From positions 64,711-128,710 of the forward strand of contig JAGAYY010000025.1 of assembly GCA_017940265.1 (NCBI GenBank): a DNA stretch of 64,000 nt, written 5' to 3'. The stretch comes from Bacilli bacterium (lineage in GTDB: Bacteria > Bacillota_I > Bacilli_A > RFN20 > CAG-826). Under the pieces are notes generated by a model. The model saw nothing but the letters and a program-made list of their open reading frames with translations, searched no databases and was not told the origin of the DNA. The position numbers were made by a program, and so were the translations under genes. Below are positions 27,856 through 35,635 of the stretch, piece by piece; position 1 is the stretch's first letter, and every line of letters starts with the position of its first letter.

Positions 27856-28554
27856 ATGACAAAAGTATATATTAATCAGCAACCAACTAAATCAGTATTA
27901 TCGATTGTTTTAGTTAATTCTAATCTCCCCTTATCCGATCCCACTCACCACAATCTTCTCCAACTTTGTAAGGAGACCGACGTTATGTTTTTGATGAGTC
28001 CCGGATATGGAATGATAGATTTTAATAAATTCACGGCACTATATCAGGCTTGTGGATGGGTCGAAGCGTCTAAGTCTATTCCCGTAACTTTTGTATCTTT
28101 GTTGGAATATGAGAAAGAAATATGGGAAGAAAAGCACCCAGGCATATTAATAACCTCAACAGAACTTTTAGACCTTGAGATTAATATTTCTAAGGTTAAA
28201 GGATTAGTCGCTTCGGATATTAACAAGCCTATAATGAAGTGCCGAGAAATGAATAGCCAGGAGTTTTATGGTATATATAAGACCGGCGAAAAAAAGAGAA
28301 GCTGGAGTTGGTGGTTTGTAGGTCAGGACGAAGAGGAGTATATTGATAATAGATATTCAACTTATACCTCTGAATCTAGAGTTATTATTCTTCGTCCCTC
28401 AGTAACAAACCAGATCTTAAGCTTCTGGGAAACATCGCCGGAATGGATTAAAACTTTTGGTGGCTCAGATATCAGACCTTTCATATCTTCAGTCTTAGGA
28501 AAACTAGATGTAGATGTATTAGGATTAGACTATGATGAGACAGAGGGGATATAA
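27856..28554 (+). CDS. hypothetical protein
   Basis: 232-aa ORF. Confidence 0.55.
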   Translation: MTKVYINQQPTKSVLSIVLVNSNLPLSDPTHHNLLQLCKETDVMFLMSPGYGMIDFNKFTALYQACGWVEASKSIPVTFVSLLEYEKEIWEEKHPGILITSTELLDLEINISKVKGLVASDINKPIMKCREMNSQEFYGIYKTGEKKRSWSWWFVGQDEEEYIDNRYSTYTSESRVIILRPSVTNQILSFWETSPEWIKTFGGSDIRPFISSVLGKLDVDVLGLDYDETEGI

Positions 28555-28813
28555 TTCAGCATATCCAGTAGAAATAGATATATGGTCTCCTGGTTTACCC
28601 GTCCCAGAATGGCTCTCCGATATAGCAGCCGTTAAATTTATGGATGGGGAAGGAAACCTAACCCTCGAGACTATTCCTTTGTCTGGGGGTGGCTTCGAAG
28701 TTAAGGGTAGTGATGGACAAATCCTTATTCGAACTTCTGGGGTTGTTTGTTATGGTAGTGGTCGATTATTTGGGCTCTCACATAAGCAACTTCGAATATT
28801 ATATGAAGAATAA
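28532..28813 (+). CDS. hypothetical protein
   Basis: 93-aa ORF. Confidence 0.45.
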   Translation: MMRQRGYNSAYPVEIDIWSPGLPVPEWLSDIAAVKFMDGEGNLTLETIPLSGGGFEVKGSDGQILIRTSGVVCYGSGRLFGLSHKQLRILYEE

Positions 28814-28821
28814 AAAAAAAT

Positions 28822-28874
28822 AAGTTAGCTGCCGCCACTAAAAACCAACTTCTGTACGTGTGGGGAGCTAACTT
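28822..28874 (+). terminator. possible hairpin terminator
   Basis: AAGTTAGCT...AGCTAACTT 9-bp stem with a large loop, followed by TTCC. Confidence 0.35.
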
Positions 28875-28881
28875 TTCCTTA

Positions 28882-28942
28882 CATATATAAGGTTTTTAGG
28901 CCTCCAGAGACGGTCAACCCTGAGAACCTTATTACTGATGAT
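28882..28942 (+). promoter_or_regulatory. composite intergenic motif directly upstream of tRNA-Gln
   Basis: CATATATAAGGTTTTTAGGCCTCCAGAGACGG...GAGAACCTTATTACTGATGAT ends 1 nt before the tRNA. Confidence 0.5.
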
Positions 28943-29014
28943 TGGACCATGGTGTAATTGGTAACACGACAGTTTTTGGCGCTGTCTTTCTGAGTTCGAG
29001 CCTCGGTGGTCCAA
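28943..29014 (+). tRNA. tRNA-Gln (anticodon TTG)
   Basis: Hand-folded cloverleaf: acceptor TGGACCA/TGGTCCA, D arm GTGT/ACAC, anticodon loop TTTTGGC, T loop TTCGAGC. Confidence 0.8.
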
Positions 29015-29039
29015 CTATTTTTAACCAATAAAGATAATT

Positions 29040-29507
29040 ATGATAAAGACAATTACTGCCCCAGAGAGTTATGAAAACTTAGAGGGTAAATTTATTTTCT
29101 TAGCAGGAACTATTGATAATGGTGAGTCAGAGGATTGGCAGGCAGAGGTTTCCAAGTATGCAGAAGGATTAGAAACAACCGAAAACGTTTATATCTTAAA
29201 TCCTCGCAGGAATGATTGGAATCCTAACGCTACCGAAAAAGATATTGAGGATCAGATTAAATGGGAGCTCGGTGCCTTGAAAAGAAGTGAGGTTATTATT
29301 ATGAATATACTTGAATCTTCTAAATCACCAATCTCATTACTAGAAATGGGACTGTTTGGTAAGGATAATCCAGGGTTCTATGTATTCTGTGGACCCGGCT
29401 TCTATCGTTATACAAACGTTAGAGTTACTGCTGAAGAGTTTGGAATTAAACACTATTCGGATTATACTACAGATGATATTAAGAAGTTAATCAAATTAAT
29501 AGTTTAA
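29040..29507 (+). CDS. nucleoside 2-deoxyribosyltransferase-like protein
   Basis: FLAGTIDNG.SEDWQ...NPRR.DW...QIKWE...PISLLEMG; paralog of 60715..61284. Confidence 0.5.
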   Translation: MIKTITAPESYENLEGKFIFLAGTIDNGESEDWQAEVSKYAEGLETTENVYILNPRRNDWNPNATEKDIEDQIKWELGALKRSEVIIMNILESSKSPISLLEMGLFGKDNPGFYVFCGPGFYRYTNVRVTAEEFGIKHYSDYTTDDIKKLIKLIV

Positions 29508-29522
29508 TTTCCTTAAAAATAG

Positions 29523-29583
29523 AGAAGACATTAGGTACCGCGTCGTGTTGTTGCGGAGGGAAGGGCCTAGTGTTCTTCTTTTA
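29523..29583 (+). terminator. hairpin terminator
   Basis: AGAAGACATTAGG...CCTAGTGTTCTTCT imperfect long stem followed by TTTT. Confidence 0.55.
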
Positions 29584-29632
29584 AATTGATAAAACGCGTT
29601 CCGGAGGCTTTGAATACCTTACTGATGATGGG
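29583..29632 (+). promoter_or_regulatory. recurrent intergenic motif copy
   Basis: AAATTGATAAAACGCGTTCCGGAGGCTTTGAATACCTTACTGATGATGG. Confidence 0.5.
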
Positions 29633-29638
29633 TGATGA

Positions 29639-29666
29639 TAGCTTTTGAAATTTATTCAAAAGCTAT
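29639..29666 (+). promoter_or_regulatory. perfect 11-bp hairpin in the HNH gene leader
   Basis: TAGCTTTTGAA-atttat-TTCAAAAGCTA, 20 nt before the ATG at 29686. Confidence 0.6.
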
Positions 29667-29685
29667 ATAATTAAAAATTCTAATC

Positions 29686-30153
29686 ATGGAAAACAAAATT
29701 ATGTCATTTTCTGATCAAGAGTTTATAGAAATTATAAACTCTAATATAGGATGGAATCAGATTACTAAAGCTCTTGGGTATGAAACTAAACCCTCTAGTT
29801 TTACTATTAATAAAATTAAAGCTAGATGTGAAAGTTTAGGAATTTCACCAAAGTTAAATAAATTATCCCCAGTTGATTCAGAAACAAAAGATGGCTTATT
29901 AGGTAAACGGAAAAACTATCAAAGTTACAGAACAGCAATTAGAAAAAGAGCTGAAAAAGTATTTTCTAATTCAGGAAAACCATTAAAATGCGCTATTTGC
30001 GGGTATGATCTTTACGTAGAGATCGCTCATATTAAAGCAGTATCTGATTTTCCTGGAGATACGTTAATTTCAGAAATAAATTCTGAAGATAACCTTATTG
30101 CATTATGTCCTAATCATCATTGGGAATATGATCATGGAATTTTAAAATTATAA
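29686..30153 (+). CDS. HNH homing-type endonuclease
   Basis: CAICGY...EIAHIKA...NLIALCPNHHWEYDHG (HNH with Cys pairs). Confidence 0.8.
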   Translation: MENKIMSFSDQEFIEIINSNIGWNQITKALGYETKPSSFTINKIKARCESLGISPKLNKLSPVDSETKDGLLGKRKNYQSYRTAIRKRAEKVFSNSGKPLKCAICGYDLYVEIAHIKAVSDFPGDTLISEINSEDNLIALCPNHHWEYDHGILKL

Positions 30154-30167
30154 TTTAAAGATTAATA

Positions 30168-30189
30168 GTTCGAATCTGTCTCCCGCTAC
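30168..30189 (+). other. tRNA 3'-end-like fragment
   Basis: AGTTCGAATCTGTCTCCCGCTA looks like T loop + T stem 3' arm + acceptor 3' arm + discriminator, but no matching 5' half lies nearby. Confidence 0.35.
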
Positions 30190-30191
30190 AT

Positions 30192-30392
30192 ATGAATAAA
30201 AAACTTATAGAACTTTTACAGAAAAATCCTGAAGCAAATCTTTTTATAGATTGTGGCCAAGGAGATAAATTTCAGGTAATAGGAATAACTGAAAATGAAA
30301 ATAGTGGATCCATTAGCCTTCACATTCACCGAGGAAGTGTTAGGTGGATAGAAATGGATGGAAAACACCCAATTAAACTTAGTACAGAATGA
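30192..30392 (+). CDS. hypothetical protein
   Basis: 66-aa ORF. Confidence 0.45.
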   Translation: MNKKLIELLQKNPEANLFIDCGQGDKFQVIGITENENSGSISLHIHRGSVRWIEMDGKHPIKLSTE

Positions 30393-30631
30393 AATTAGAA
30401 CTTACACGAGGATGTATTTGTGATTCATTAACAGTCGATGATGAAGAAGAAATAGATCTTACAGATGACGTTAGGAAGGAAGTACTTCGAAAAATTTTTG
30501 AAGCTCTAAGACCAGAAGATCTTAATTATGTACTTCAAGAATTAATTCCATGCTTTGGAGAATATGAATGTGATCCAGAACCTTGTGAATGTTGTGGAGA
30601 TTTTGTTGAAACCTATAAATGGGAAATATAG
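30389..30631 (+). CDS. hypothetical Cys-rich acidic protein
   Basis: 80-aa ORF; C-terminal CFGEYECDPEPCECCGDF. Confidence 0.5.
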   Translation: MKLELTRGCICDSLTVDDEEEIDLTDDVRKEVLRKIFEALRPEDLNYVLQELIPCFGEYECDPEPCECCGDFVETYKWEI

Positions 30632-30948
30632 TTATGGATATTACAGGAATTTTTTCAGAGTCATTTTGGTATATGGCTCCAATTTTAATGTCGATCACAG
30701 TTACTATTACTGGTGCAATTAATGGTAGATTTAATATCACTAATGGAATTTGGCCCCAGATAGTATCTTGGATTGTAGGCTCTGTACTTTCAGTAGGAGC
30801 TTGGCTACTTAATTTTGTAACTATGGGTCAACCTGTTTGGCTCGGTGTTATTATGTTATGTGTAGTTGTTGGTCTGTCTAGTAATGGTATCTATGATATT
30901 CCAACTATTCAGAAGCTTATCAAACAACTATTCTATAAAGAACAATAA
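30619..30948 (+). CDS. small membrane protein (three predicted TM helices; holin-like size)
   Basis: 109 aa with three hydrophobic stretches; no enzymatic motif. Confidence 0.5.
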   Translation: MGNIVMDITGIFSESFWYMAPILMSITVTITGAINGRFNITNGIWPQIVSWIVGSVLSVGAWLLNFVTMGQPVWLGVIMLCVVVGLSSNGIYDIPTIQKLIKQLFYKEQ

Positions 30949-31184
30949 AAAGGGTTTATATTACCGACTTCAAACCAGAAACCCTGAACCTTCCTGCCTG
31001 GAATCTTCTTTCATTACTATCTCGCCTATCATCCAGGTTAAACAAAAAGGTGACAGACCATTGGGTAATTCCATAGGAGCGCTGTTAGGAAGTCAAAATT
31101 GTAAGAGGTCGCGCCTCAACGTAACGTATCTCGTCCCTGAGAAATATTCTCAAACGTTGATCTCAATCGTAAGTGAGTATTTTG

Positions 31185-31216
31185 GTAAGTTAACGGTTAT
31201 AAAAACTTACATTTTT
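31185..31216 (+). other. hairpin plus T-run immediately upstream of tRNA-Thr
   Basis: GTAAGTT-loop-AACTTAC followed by ATTTTT. Confidence 0.35.
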
Positions 31217-31289
31217 GCCTCCTTAGCTCAATTGGTAGAGCGCGTGATTTGTAATCTCGAGGTTGTTGGTTCGATCCCGACAGGAGGCT
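31217..31289 (+). tRNA. tRNA-Thr (anticodon TGT)
   Basis: Acceptor GCCTCCT/AGGAGGC, D arm GCTC/GAGC, loop TTTGTAA, T loop TTCGATC; one T-T mismatch in the anticodon stem. Confidence 0.75.
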
Positions 31290-31294
31290 CGAAA

Positions 31295-31368
31295 GGGCTT
31301 GTAGTTCAGTTGATTAGAACGTCTGTTTTGCATACAGAAGGTCCCCCGTTTGATCCGGGGCAGGTCCA
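31295..31368 (+). tRNA. tRNA-Ala (anticodon TGC)
   Basis: Anticodon stem TCTGT/ACAGA, loop TTTGCAT, T arm CCCCG/CGGGG, and an acceptor with a G3:U70 pair. Confidence 0.8.
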
Positions 31369-31498
31369 CACATGCCAAGGTAGAGCGATGCAAGCCAGTA
31401 TCTTGTGCTAGTCTTAGCTATTTTTGATGAAGAAACAGAGTAAATTCTCTGTAAAATAGTAGAAATCCTCTCAACTCAGAAAAAGACTTTTAGTAGCA

Positions 31499-31532
31499 AA
31501 TTAATATAAAAGAGGCCTATTTTATATTAATT
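31499..31532. repeat. 34-nt near-perfect palindrome in a tRNA spacer
   Basis: AATTAATATAAAA-gaggccta-TTTTATATTAATT (13-bp arms). Confidence 0.8.
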
Positions 31533-31655
31533 GGAAGAAGGATGGATTTTATAACCGTAAGGTGAATTTAAGGTAGCGTGCTGAGTTGTCCGAAAACTAA
31601 AAATTGATGTCAAGTAGGACGAGTTTTAGAATTTCTCACCAAAAAATTCTACTAA

Positions 31656-31728
31656 GGATGAGTGGCAGACGTGGTGTATGCATCGGACTGAAAATCCGAC
31701 TAAGGTGATTCAACTTCATCCTCATCCA
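31656..31728 (+). tRNA. tRNA-Phe (anticodon GAA), atypical D arm
   Basis: Acceptor GGATGAG/CTCATCC, anticodon stem TCGGA/TCCGA, loop CTGAAAA, T loop TTCAACT. Confidence 0.65.
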
Positions 31729-31971
31729 CAAGGTTATAGACGAAACTGACCTAGGTAATTAAGTTTCTTGGTATCTGGAATAATTGGCAATTATAAACAG
31801 AGCAATAGTAGGAGTAATTCTTAATGAATAATACAATAGTTAGACGTAGAGCGGTTTTTCGTTTCAGGATGGTTGCTAGTTTCCTGGAGAACCTCCTATC
31901 CAGGGAGTGTGAGTTTGGTAAGCCGGTCAGAACAAAAATACTGGGAAACTCTACAAAAAATTAGCATCTAA

Positions 31972-32051
31972 GCTCCTATGGTGGAATTGGTAGACACGAT
32001 AGATTTAGGATCTATTGCGAAAGCGTGCAGATTCGAGTTCTGCTAGGAGTA
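31972..32051 (+). tRNA. tRNA-Leu (anticodon TAG), long variable arm
   Basis: Anticodon stem ATAGA/TCTAT, loop TTTAGGA, variable arm TGCGAAAGCGT, T arm GCAGA-TTCGAGT-TCTGC. Confidence 0.8.
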
Positions 32052-32055
32052 CTGA

Positions 32056-32143
32056 GGATAGGTGACAGAGTGATTTATTGTAGCGGTCTTGAAAACCGCC
32101 GAACGTTAGTAGCGTTCCGTAGGTTTGAATCCTACCCTATCCG
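32056..32143 (+). tRNA. tRNA-Ser (anticodon TGA), long variable arm
   Basis: Acceptor GGATAGG/CCTATCC, anticodon stem GCGGT/ACCGC, loop CTTGAAA, long variable arm, T arm GTAGG/CCTAC. Confidence 0.8.
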
Positions 32144-32337
32144 CGAGACCAAAGTTCGAGAAAGGTAACCGAAGTGCCTGAAGAACGAATGCTGTTAATG
32201 ATGTACTCGGTATTATAATCATAGTGAACAGCGGCGCCAGATAAGGGAATACTGGCAAAAGAAGAGTGCCAAGCATTTAATGCACCGGAGCAGGGTGACC
32301 TGATTTCCTTAGGTTCCAGATCTCTTCTATTTTATTT

Positions 32338-32409
32338 GCTTGTGTAGCTCAGAGGTAGAGCAAATGGCTGTTAACCATTAGGTCGGGATATCATAATTCT
32401 CCACAAGCG
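32338..32409 (+). tRNA. tRNA-Asn-like (anticodon GTT) with a non-canonical T arm
   Basis: Acceptor GCTTGTG/CACAAGC, D arm GCTC/GAGC, anticodon stem AATGG/CCATT, loop CTGTTAA. The T loop ATCATAA lacks TTC. Confidence 0.5.
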
Positions 32410-32412
32410 CTT

Positions 32413-32688
32413 ATGAAATCATTAATTATACTTCATCCTTCAGAACGTATAGATCTAGATTACTGGATTGAATACCTTAGATTGGGGAACACTGGAATTA
32501 GAACTTATCAAGGAGGCTATCTTCTTTGGTGGGAGGAAAAAGAATCTAGAGTTATTGATCTTTTGGAACATATTGAGGAAATAGAGTTAATTCCATTACT
32601 TCCAAGAATAGAGCCAGAAGGTTTTACTTTAGTTTGGGATTCAGGTTCTTACTCTTGGAAATTACTGAGGGATGAATTACAGTGTTAA
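32413..32688 (+). CDS. hypothetical protein
   Basis: 91-aa ORF starting 3 nt after the Asn-like tRNA. Confidence 0.5.
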   Translation: MKSLIILHPSERIDLDYWIEYLRLGNTGIRTYQGGYLLWWEEKESRVIDLLEHIEEIELIPLLPRIEPEGFTLVWDSGSYSWKLLRDELQC

Positions 32689-32940
32689 GTATCATCTTCG
32701 TATAAAGGGTTCCCACCTTATTGTGAACTCAGAGGCGAAACTTCACAGACTTGGAATAAGGATAACTATATTGGGTCGCTCCCAGGAAATAGTTGATGGG
32801 TCTTGGTGAAGGGTATAGAGGGTAATAATCTCTATCAGGACGAGTACCAATTTCTTCTATCCGTGAGGAAGTTTCAGACGTTCGTTAATCTTTTGGCACG
32901 AACAGTTAAAAAGACGCCAATAAAAACCTAAGCTCGTTAT

Positions 32941-32977
32941 TAGATTCTAGTTTCTTCAGAGGCTAGAATCTATTTTC
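32941..32977 (+). terminator. intrinsic terminator closing a 250-nt ORF-free stretch
   Basis: TAGATTCTAG-12 nt-CTAGAATCTA followed by TTTTCTC. Confidence 0.65.
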
Positions 32978-33008
32978 TCTTTCCAGGGACCTCAGGAACC
33001 TTATATGT

Positions 33009-33401
33009 GTGATGACAATAGTATTTGTGATATCGGTATTAGTTACAGTTAGTATACTAATTCTACGTCGGAAAGAAATCAAACTTAGGATGACGTCTTT
33101 TGTGGATAACTCAGGAAAAGACCTAAGAAAAGATCTTGGATATGAACTAAGATTTGCCAATGAAGACGGAATGGTACCGGCCCTAAAACCCAATGATGTT
33201 ACTGTAATCGATAAGAAAGGTTCAGGAAAAATTGAGGTTGGTGATTTAGTCTATATTGAATACCCAGGAAGCTCTCATTATTGGGAAGTTTCTGCTGTTA
33301 AAGCAGATAAAGTAGATCTAAAGAATCTTGCTGGTAATAGTTTGCTTGATTTTCCGGTGTATAAGATTATAGGAAAAGTAATAGGAATAGAACATATATG
33401 A
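33009..33401 (+). CDS. membrane-anchored hypothetical protein
   Basis: N-terminal TM helix; GMVPALKPND..IEVGDLV is only weakly reminiscent of S24/S26 peptidases. Confidence 0.5.
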   Translation: MMTIVFVISVLVTVSILILRRKEIKLRMTSFVDNSGKDLRKDLGYELRFANEDGMVPALKPNDVTVIDKKGSGKIEVGDLVYIEYPGSSHYWEVSAVKADKVDLKNLAGNSLLDFPVYKIIGKVIGIEHI

Positions 33402-33565
33402 AAAGTTACCTGATCAGAAGAATTTGTAAAAAATTAGAACAGGAAACTAACGGGAGACATCATTTCAGATATTTCCCAGATAAAAACTTAGTTTTAGATA
33501 CTGAGTTTGGATATTATACAAGTTCTTGGAGTTTTATAATAAATAATCTGGAGTATGTTATTTAA
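33398..33565 (+). CDS. small hypothetical protein (55 aa, not in the ORF track)
   Basis: Fills the gap between neighbours, with overlaps at both ends (ATGA at the start). Confidence 0.3.
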   Translation: MKSYLIRRICKKLEQETNGRHHFRYFPDKNLVLDTEFGYYTSSWSFIINNLEYVI

Positions 33566-34067
33566 TTATTATAGTGGTGATGTGTTTAGTTCGGGAGCTC
33601 AGGTAATTGTCCATCAAGTAAATTGTATGGGTGTAATGGGTTCTGGAGTAGCTAGGATAGTACGAGAGAAGTATCCTGAGGTTTATCTGGAATATAAGAA
33701 GGCAGTTGAAACTTTGGAGGGAAATTGTCTGGGAGGTTGTTTATTGGTTGGTAGAATAGCTAATCTCTTTGGTCAGTATTATTATCGTGGTTACAAGGAC
33801 GAATACTTTGGAGATGAATTCTGGAAACAGCCGGAAATGGATAATTCCGGGAGACCAATCCGATTTACTAATTATGAAGCTTTCTATAATGGACTAGTCC
33901 GACTTAGGAATATTGTTCAAGGACGAGGAGATATAACTACCATAGCCTTCCCTTACAAAATTGGATGTGATCGCGGAGGTGGTTCATGGGGTATTATTGA
34001 GTCCATGATTAAAGAAGTATTTGGTAAAACTAATATAAATATTGAAGTATGGAAATATCAGAGTTAA
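33555..34067 (+). CDS. Macro domain protein (ADP-ribose binding/hydrolase)
   Basis: GDVF...AQVIVHQVNCMGVMGSGVARIVREKYPE fits the Macro domain N-terminal signature. Confidence 0.7.
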   Translation: MLFNYYSGDVFSSGAQVIVHQVNCMGVMGSGVARIVREKYPEVYLEYKKAVETLEGNCLGGCLLVGRIANLFGQYYYRGYKDEYFGDEFWKQPEMDNSGRPIRFTNYEAFYNGLVRLRNIVQGRGDITTIAFPYKIGCDRGGGSWGIIESMIKEVFGKTNINIEVWKYQS

Positions 34068-34495
34068 GTATCCGTGAGTTAGAAGCCTTGAAAGAAGAGG
34101 TTGATGAAACATTGAAGCGGGAGAATAGTGATCAACGTGTTTCTCAAGAGCTTAAAGATGTAGCTATCAATGTTATTAAGTTATGTCCCGGTTGTAATGG
34201 AATTGTTCTTGCTGCAGCCTGGGAAGATCAAAGAAGGAGATTTGTTTATAACTTCGAAGAAATAGAAGAATCAAAGTATGAAGGTGTATGGATTGACGAA
34301 CTAGGTGATGAACTTAGAACAGTGAATGCTTGGTTAACTGAGAATACTCCTGAAACAGAGCTTGATCTTGCATTAACTGAGCTCTTAGATGAAAATCCCA
34401 AGCTCTATGAAATGGAGATCGACTGGACAAATCTTGAAGATAAGAAATTCGAATTTTTAATGCTTGAAGATGGAAGTTGGTTGGAACAAGGGTAG
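34049..34495 (+). CDS. hypothetical acidic protein
   Basis: 148-aa ORF. Confidence 0.5.
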   Translation: MEISELSIRELEALKEEVDETLKRENSDQRVSQELKDVAINVIKLCPGCNGIVLAAAWEDQRRRFVYNFEEIEESKYEGVWIDELGDELRTVNAWLTENTPETELDLALTELLDENPKLYEMEIDWTNLEDKKFEFLMLEDGSWLEQG

Positions 34496-35063
34496 TGTTT
34501 GGTCTGGTTTTCTAATTGGTCTGGCAGGTTGGATAAATTTGTCAGTCGGTGGTGGAATTCTTGGGGCTGTGTTATTTGCTATCGGACTTTTAGCTGTCGT
34601 ATGGTTCGGCTCGTCTTTATACACCGGAAAAGCTGGTTCATGGGAGTTTAGGTATTATGCTGTATGGAGGGATATAGGTAGACTGGGGTTGGTAATAGTC
34701 GGAAATGTTATAGGTTGTTTGATCATATCTCAGATTGCTGCTGCCTCCGGAACAATTAAGGCAGAAACTCTAAGTGTGATATTATCGAGCCGGGAATCTT
34801 CGACAGCAATGACTACGATAGCAAGAGGAATCGGCTGCGGATTTTTAATGGAATTAGCTGTTTGGGGATGGAGAGAGAAAGGATCTGTGTTGGGTATATT
34901 CTTAGCTGTTCCCGGATTCATTTTGGCGGGATTCTATCATAGTATTGCTGACGCCTTTTATTATCTAGTATCTCCTTCTTCTACTTATCTGATTCCATGG
35001 CTCTTAACTGTCTTGGGAAATTTCATAGGCTGTAACTTAAGAAGGTTTATATGTTATTACTAG
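34470..35063 (+). CDS. formate/nitrite transporter (FNT)-like membrane protein, short
   Basis: SSLYTGK, GNVIGCL, GFYHSIADAFYY, GNFIGC resemble FNT motifs (LFTGN, GNLIG, GFEHSIANM, GNIVGG); multiple TM helices. Confidence 0.55.
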   Translation: MEVGWNKGSVWSGFLIGLAGWINLSVGGGILGAVLFAIGLLAVVWFGSSLYTGKAGSWEFRYYAVWRDIGRLGLVIVGNVIGCLIISQIAAASGTIKAETLSVILSSRESSTAMTTIARGIGCGFLMELAVWGWREKGSVLGIFLAVPGFILAGFYHSIADAFYYLVSPSSTYLIPWLLTVLGNFIGCNLRRFICYY

Positions 35064-35635
35064 GATGGTCTGAAGTTAGAGAAAAGATTCGAGAATATTG
35101 GAGGAATCTTCCAGAACTAAAAGAATACGCTAATTCAAGATTATCCTTAGGGTATTCAGGTCCCGATTACTTAAGAATTTGGGATGAAGAATACCATTTA
35201 GGTTATTATCCTGGTTCTCTGATCGTATATCAGTTTACTCAATCTCCAGTGGATGGTTGGTGGAATGTAATTGTATATTATGATACCAATGAATTTAAGG
35301 CAGATATCTATGATGAACATGTTTTTCGGAGATATGAGGAAAGATACCTAAGAACGAAGGGAACAGATATACACGAATTAGTTAAGGTATTTCTTTTGGA
35401 AGGAGGAAATTATTCTGGTATGTATTTTATTAGACCGGATAATAAATTTTCTCGACGTACCAATCAAGGAGCAACTTTTGGGCATTCGGAATATGAGAAG
35501 GAAATTATGTTTCATAAAACATTTGTACCAGAAGAACTCCTAGATAGCAGGCAAACACAAGGAATTCTTAAGGAAGGAAAATATTATACATTTTTCAAGG
35601 ATGTTAACAATAGAAGAAAAAACTTTCAGAGCTAG
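35051..35635 (+). CDS. hypothetical protein
   Basis: 194-aa ORF. Confidence 0.55.
   Translation: MLLLGWSEVREKIREYWRNLPELKEYANSRLSLGYSGPDYLRIWDEEYHLGYYPGSLIVYQFTQSPVDGWWNVIVYYDTNEFKADIYDEHVFRRYEERYLRTKGTDIHELVKVFLLEGGNYSGMYFIRPDNKFSRRTNQGATFGHSEYEKEIMFHKTFVPEELLDSRQTQGILKEGKYYTFFKDVNNRRKNFQS

Noticed and set aside
30168-30189. Phage attachment site (attP) in a tRNA 3' end
   Set aside because: There is no integrase, excisionase or repressor anywhere in the window. HNH-associated disruption of a former tRNA gene, or chance, is more plausible.
30866-31411. 181-aa plus-strand ORF from the track
   Set aside because: It runs straight through tRNA-Thr and tRNA-Ala and the structured spacer. Its amino-acid sequence is simply translated tRNA (…LAQLVERVICNLEVVGSIPTGGS…).
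33009-33401. S24/S26 signal-peptidase/LexA-like protease
   Set aside because: GMVPAL has Gly where the catalytic Ser of SM.P.L would be, and no Lys/His partner motif was recognised.
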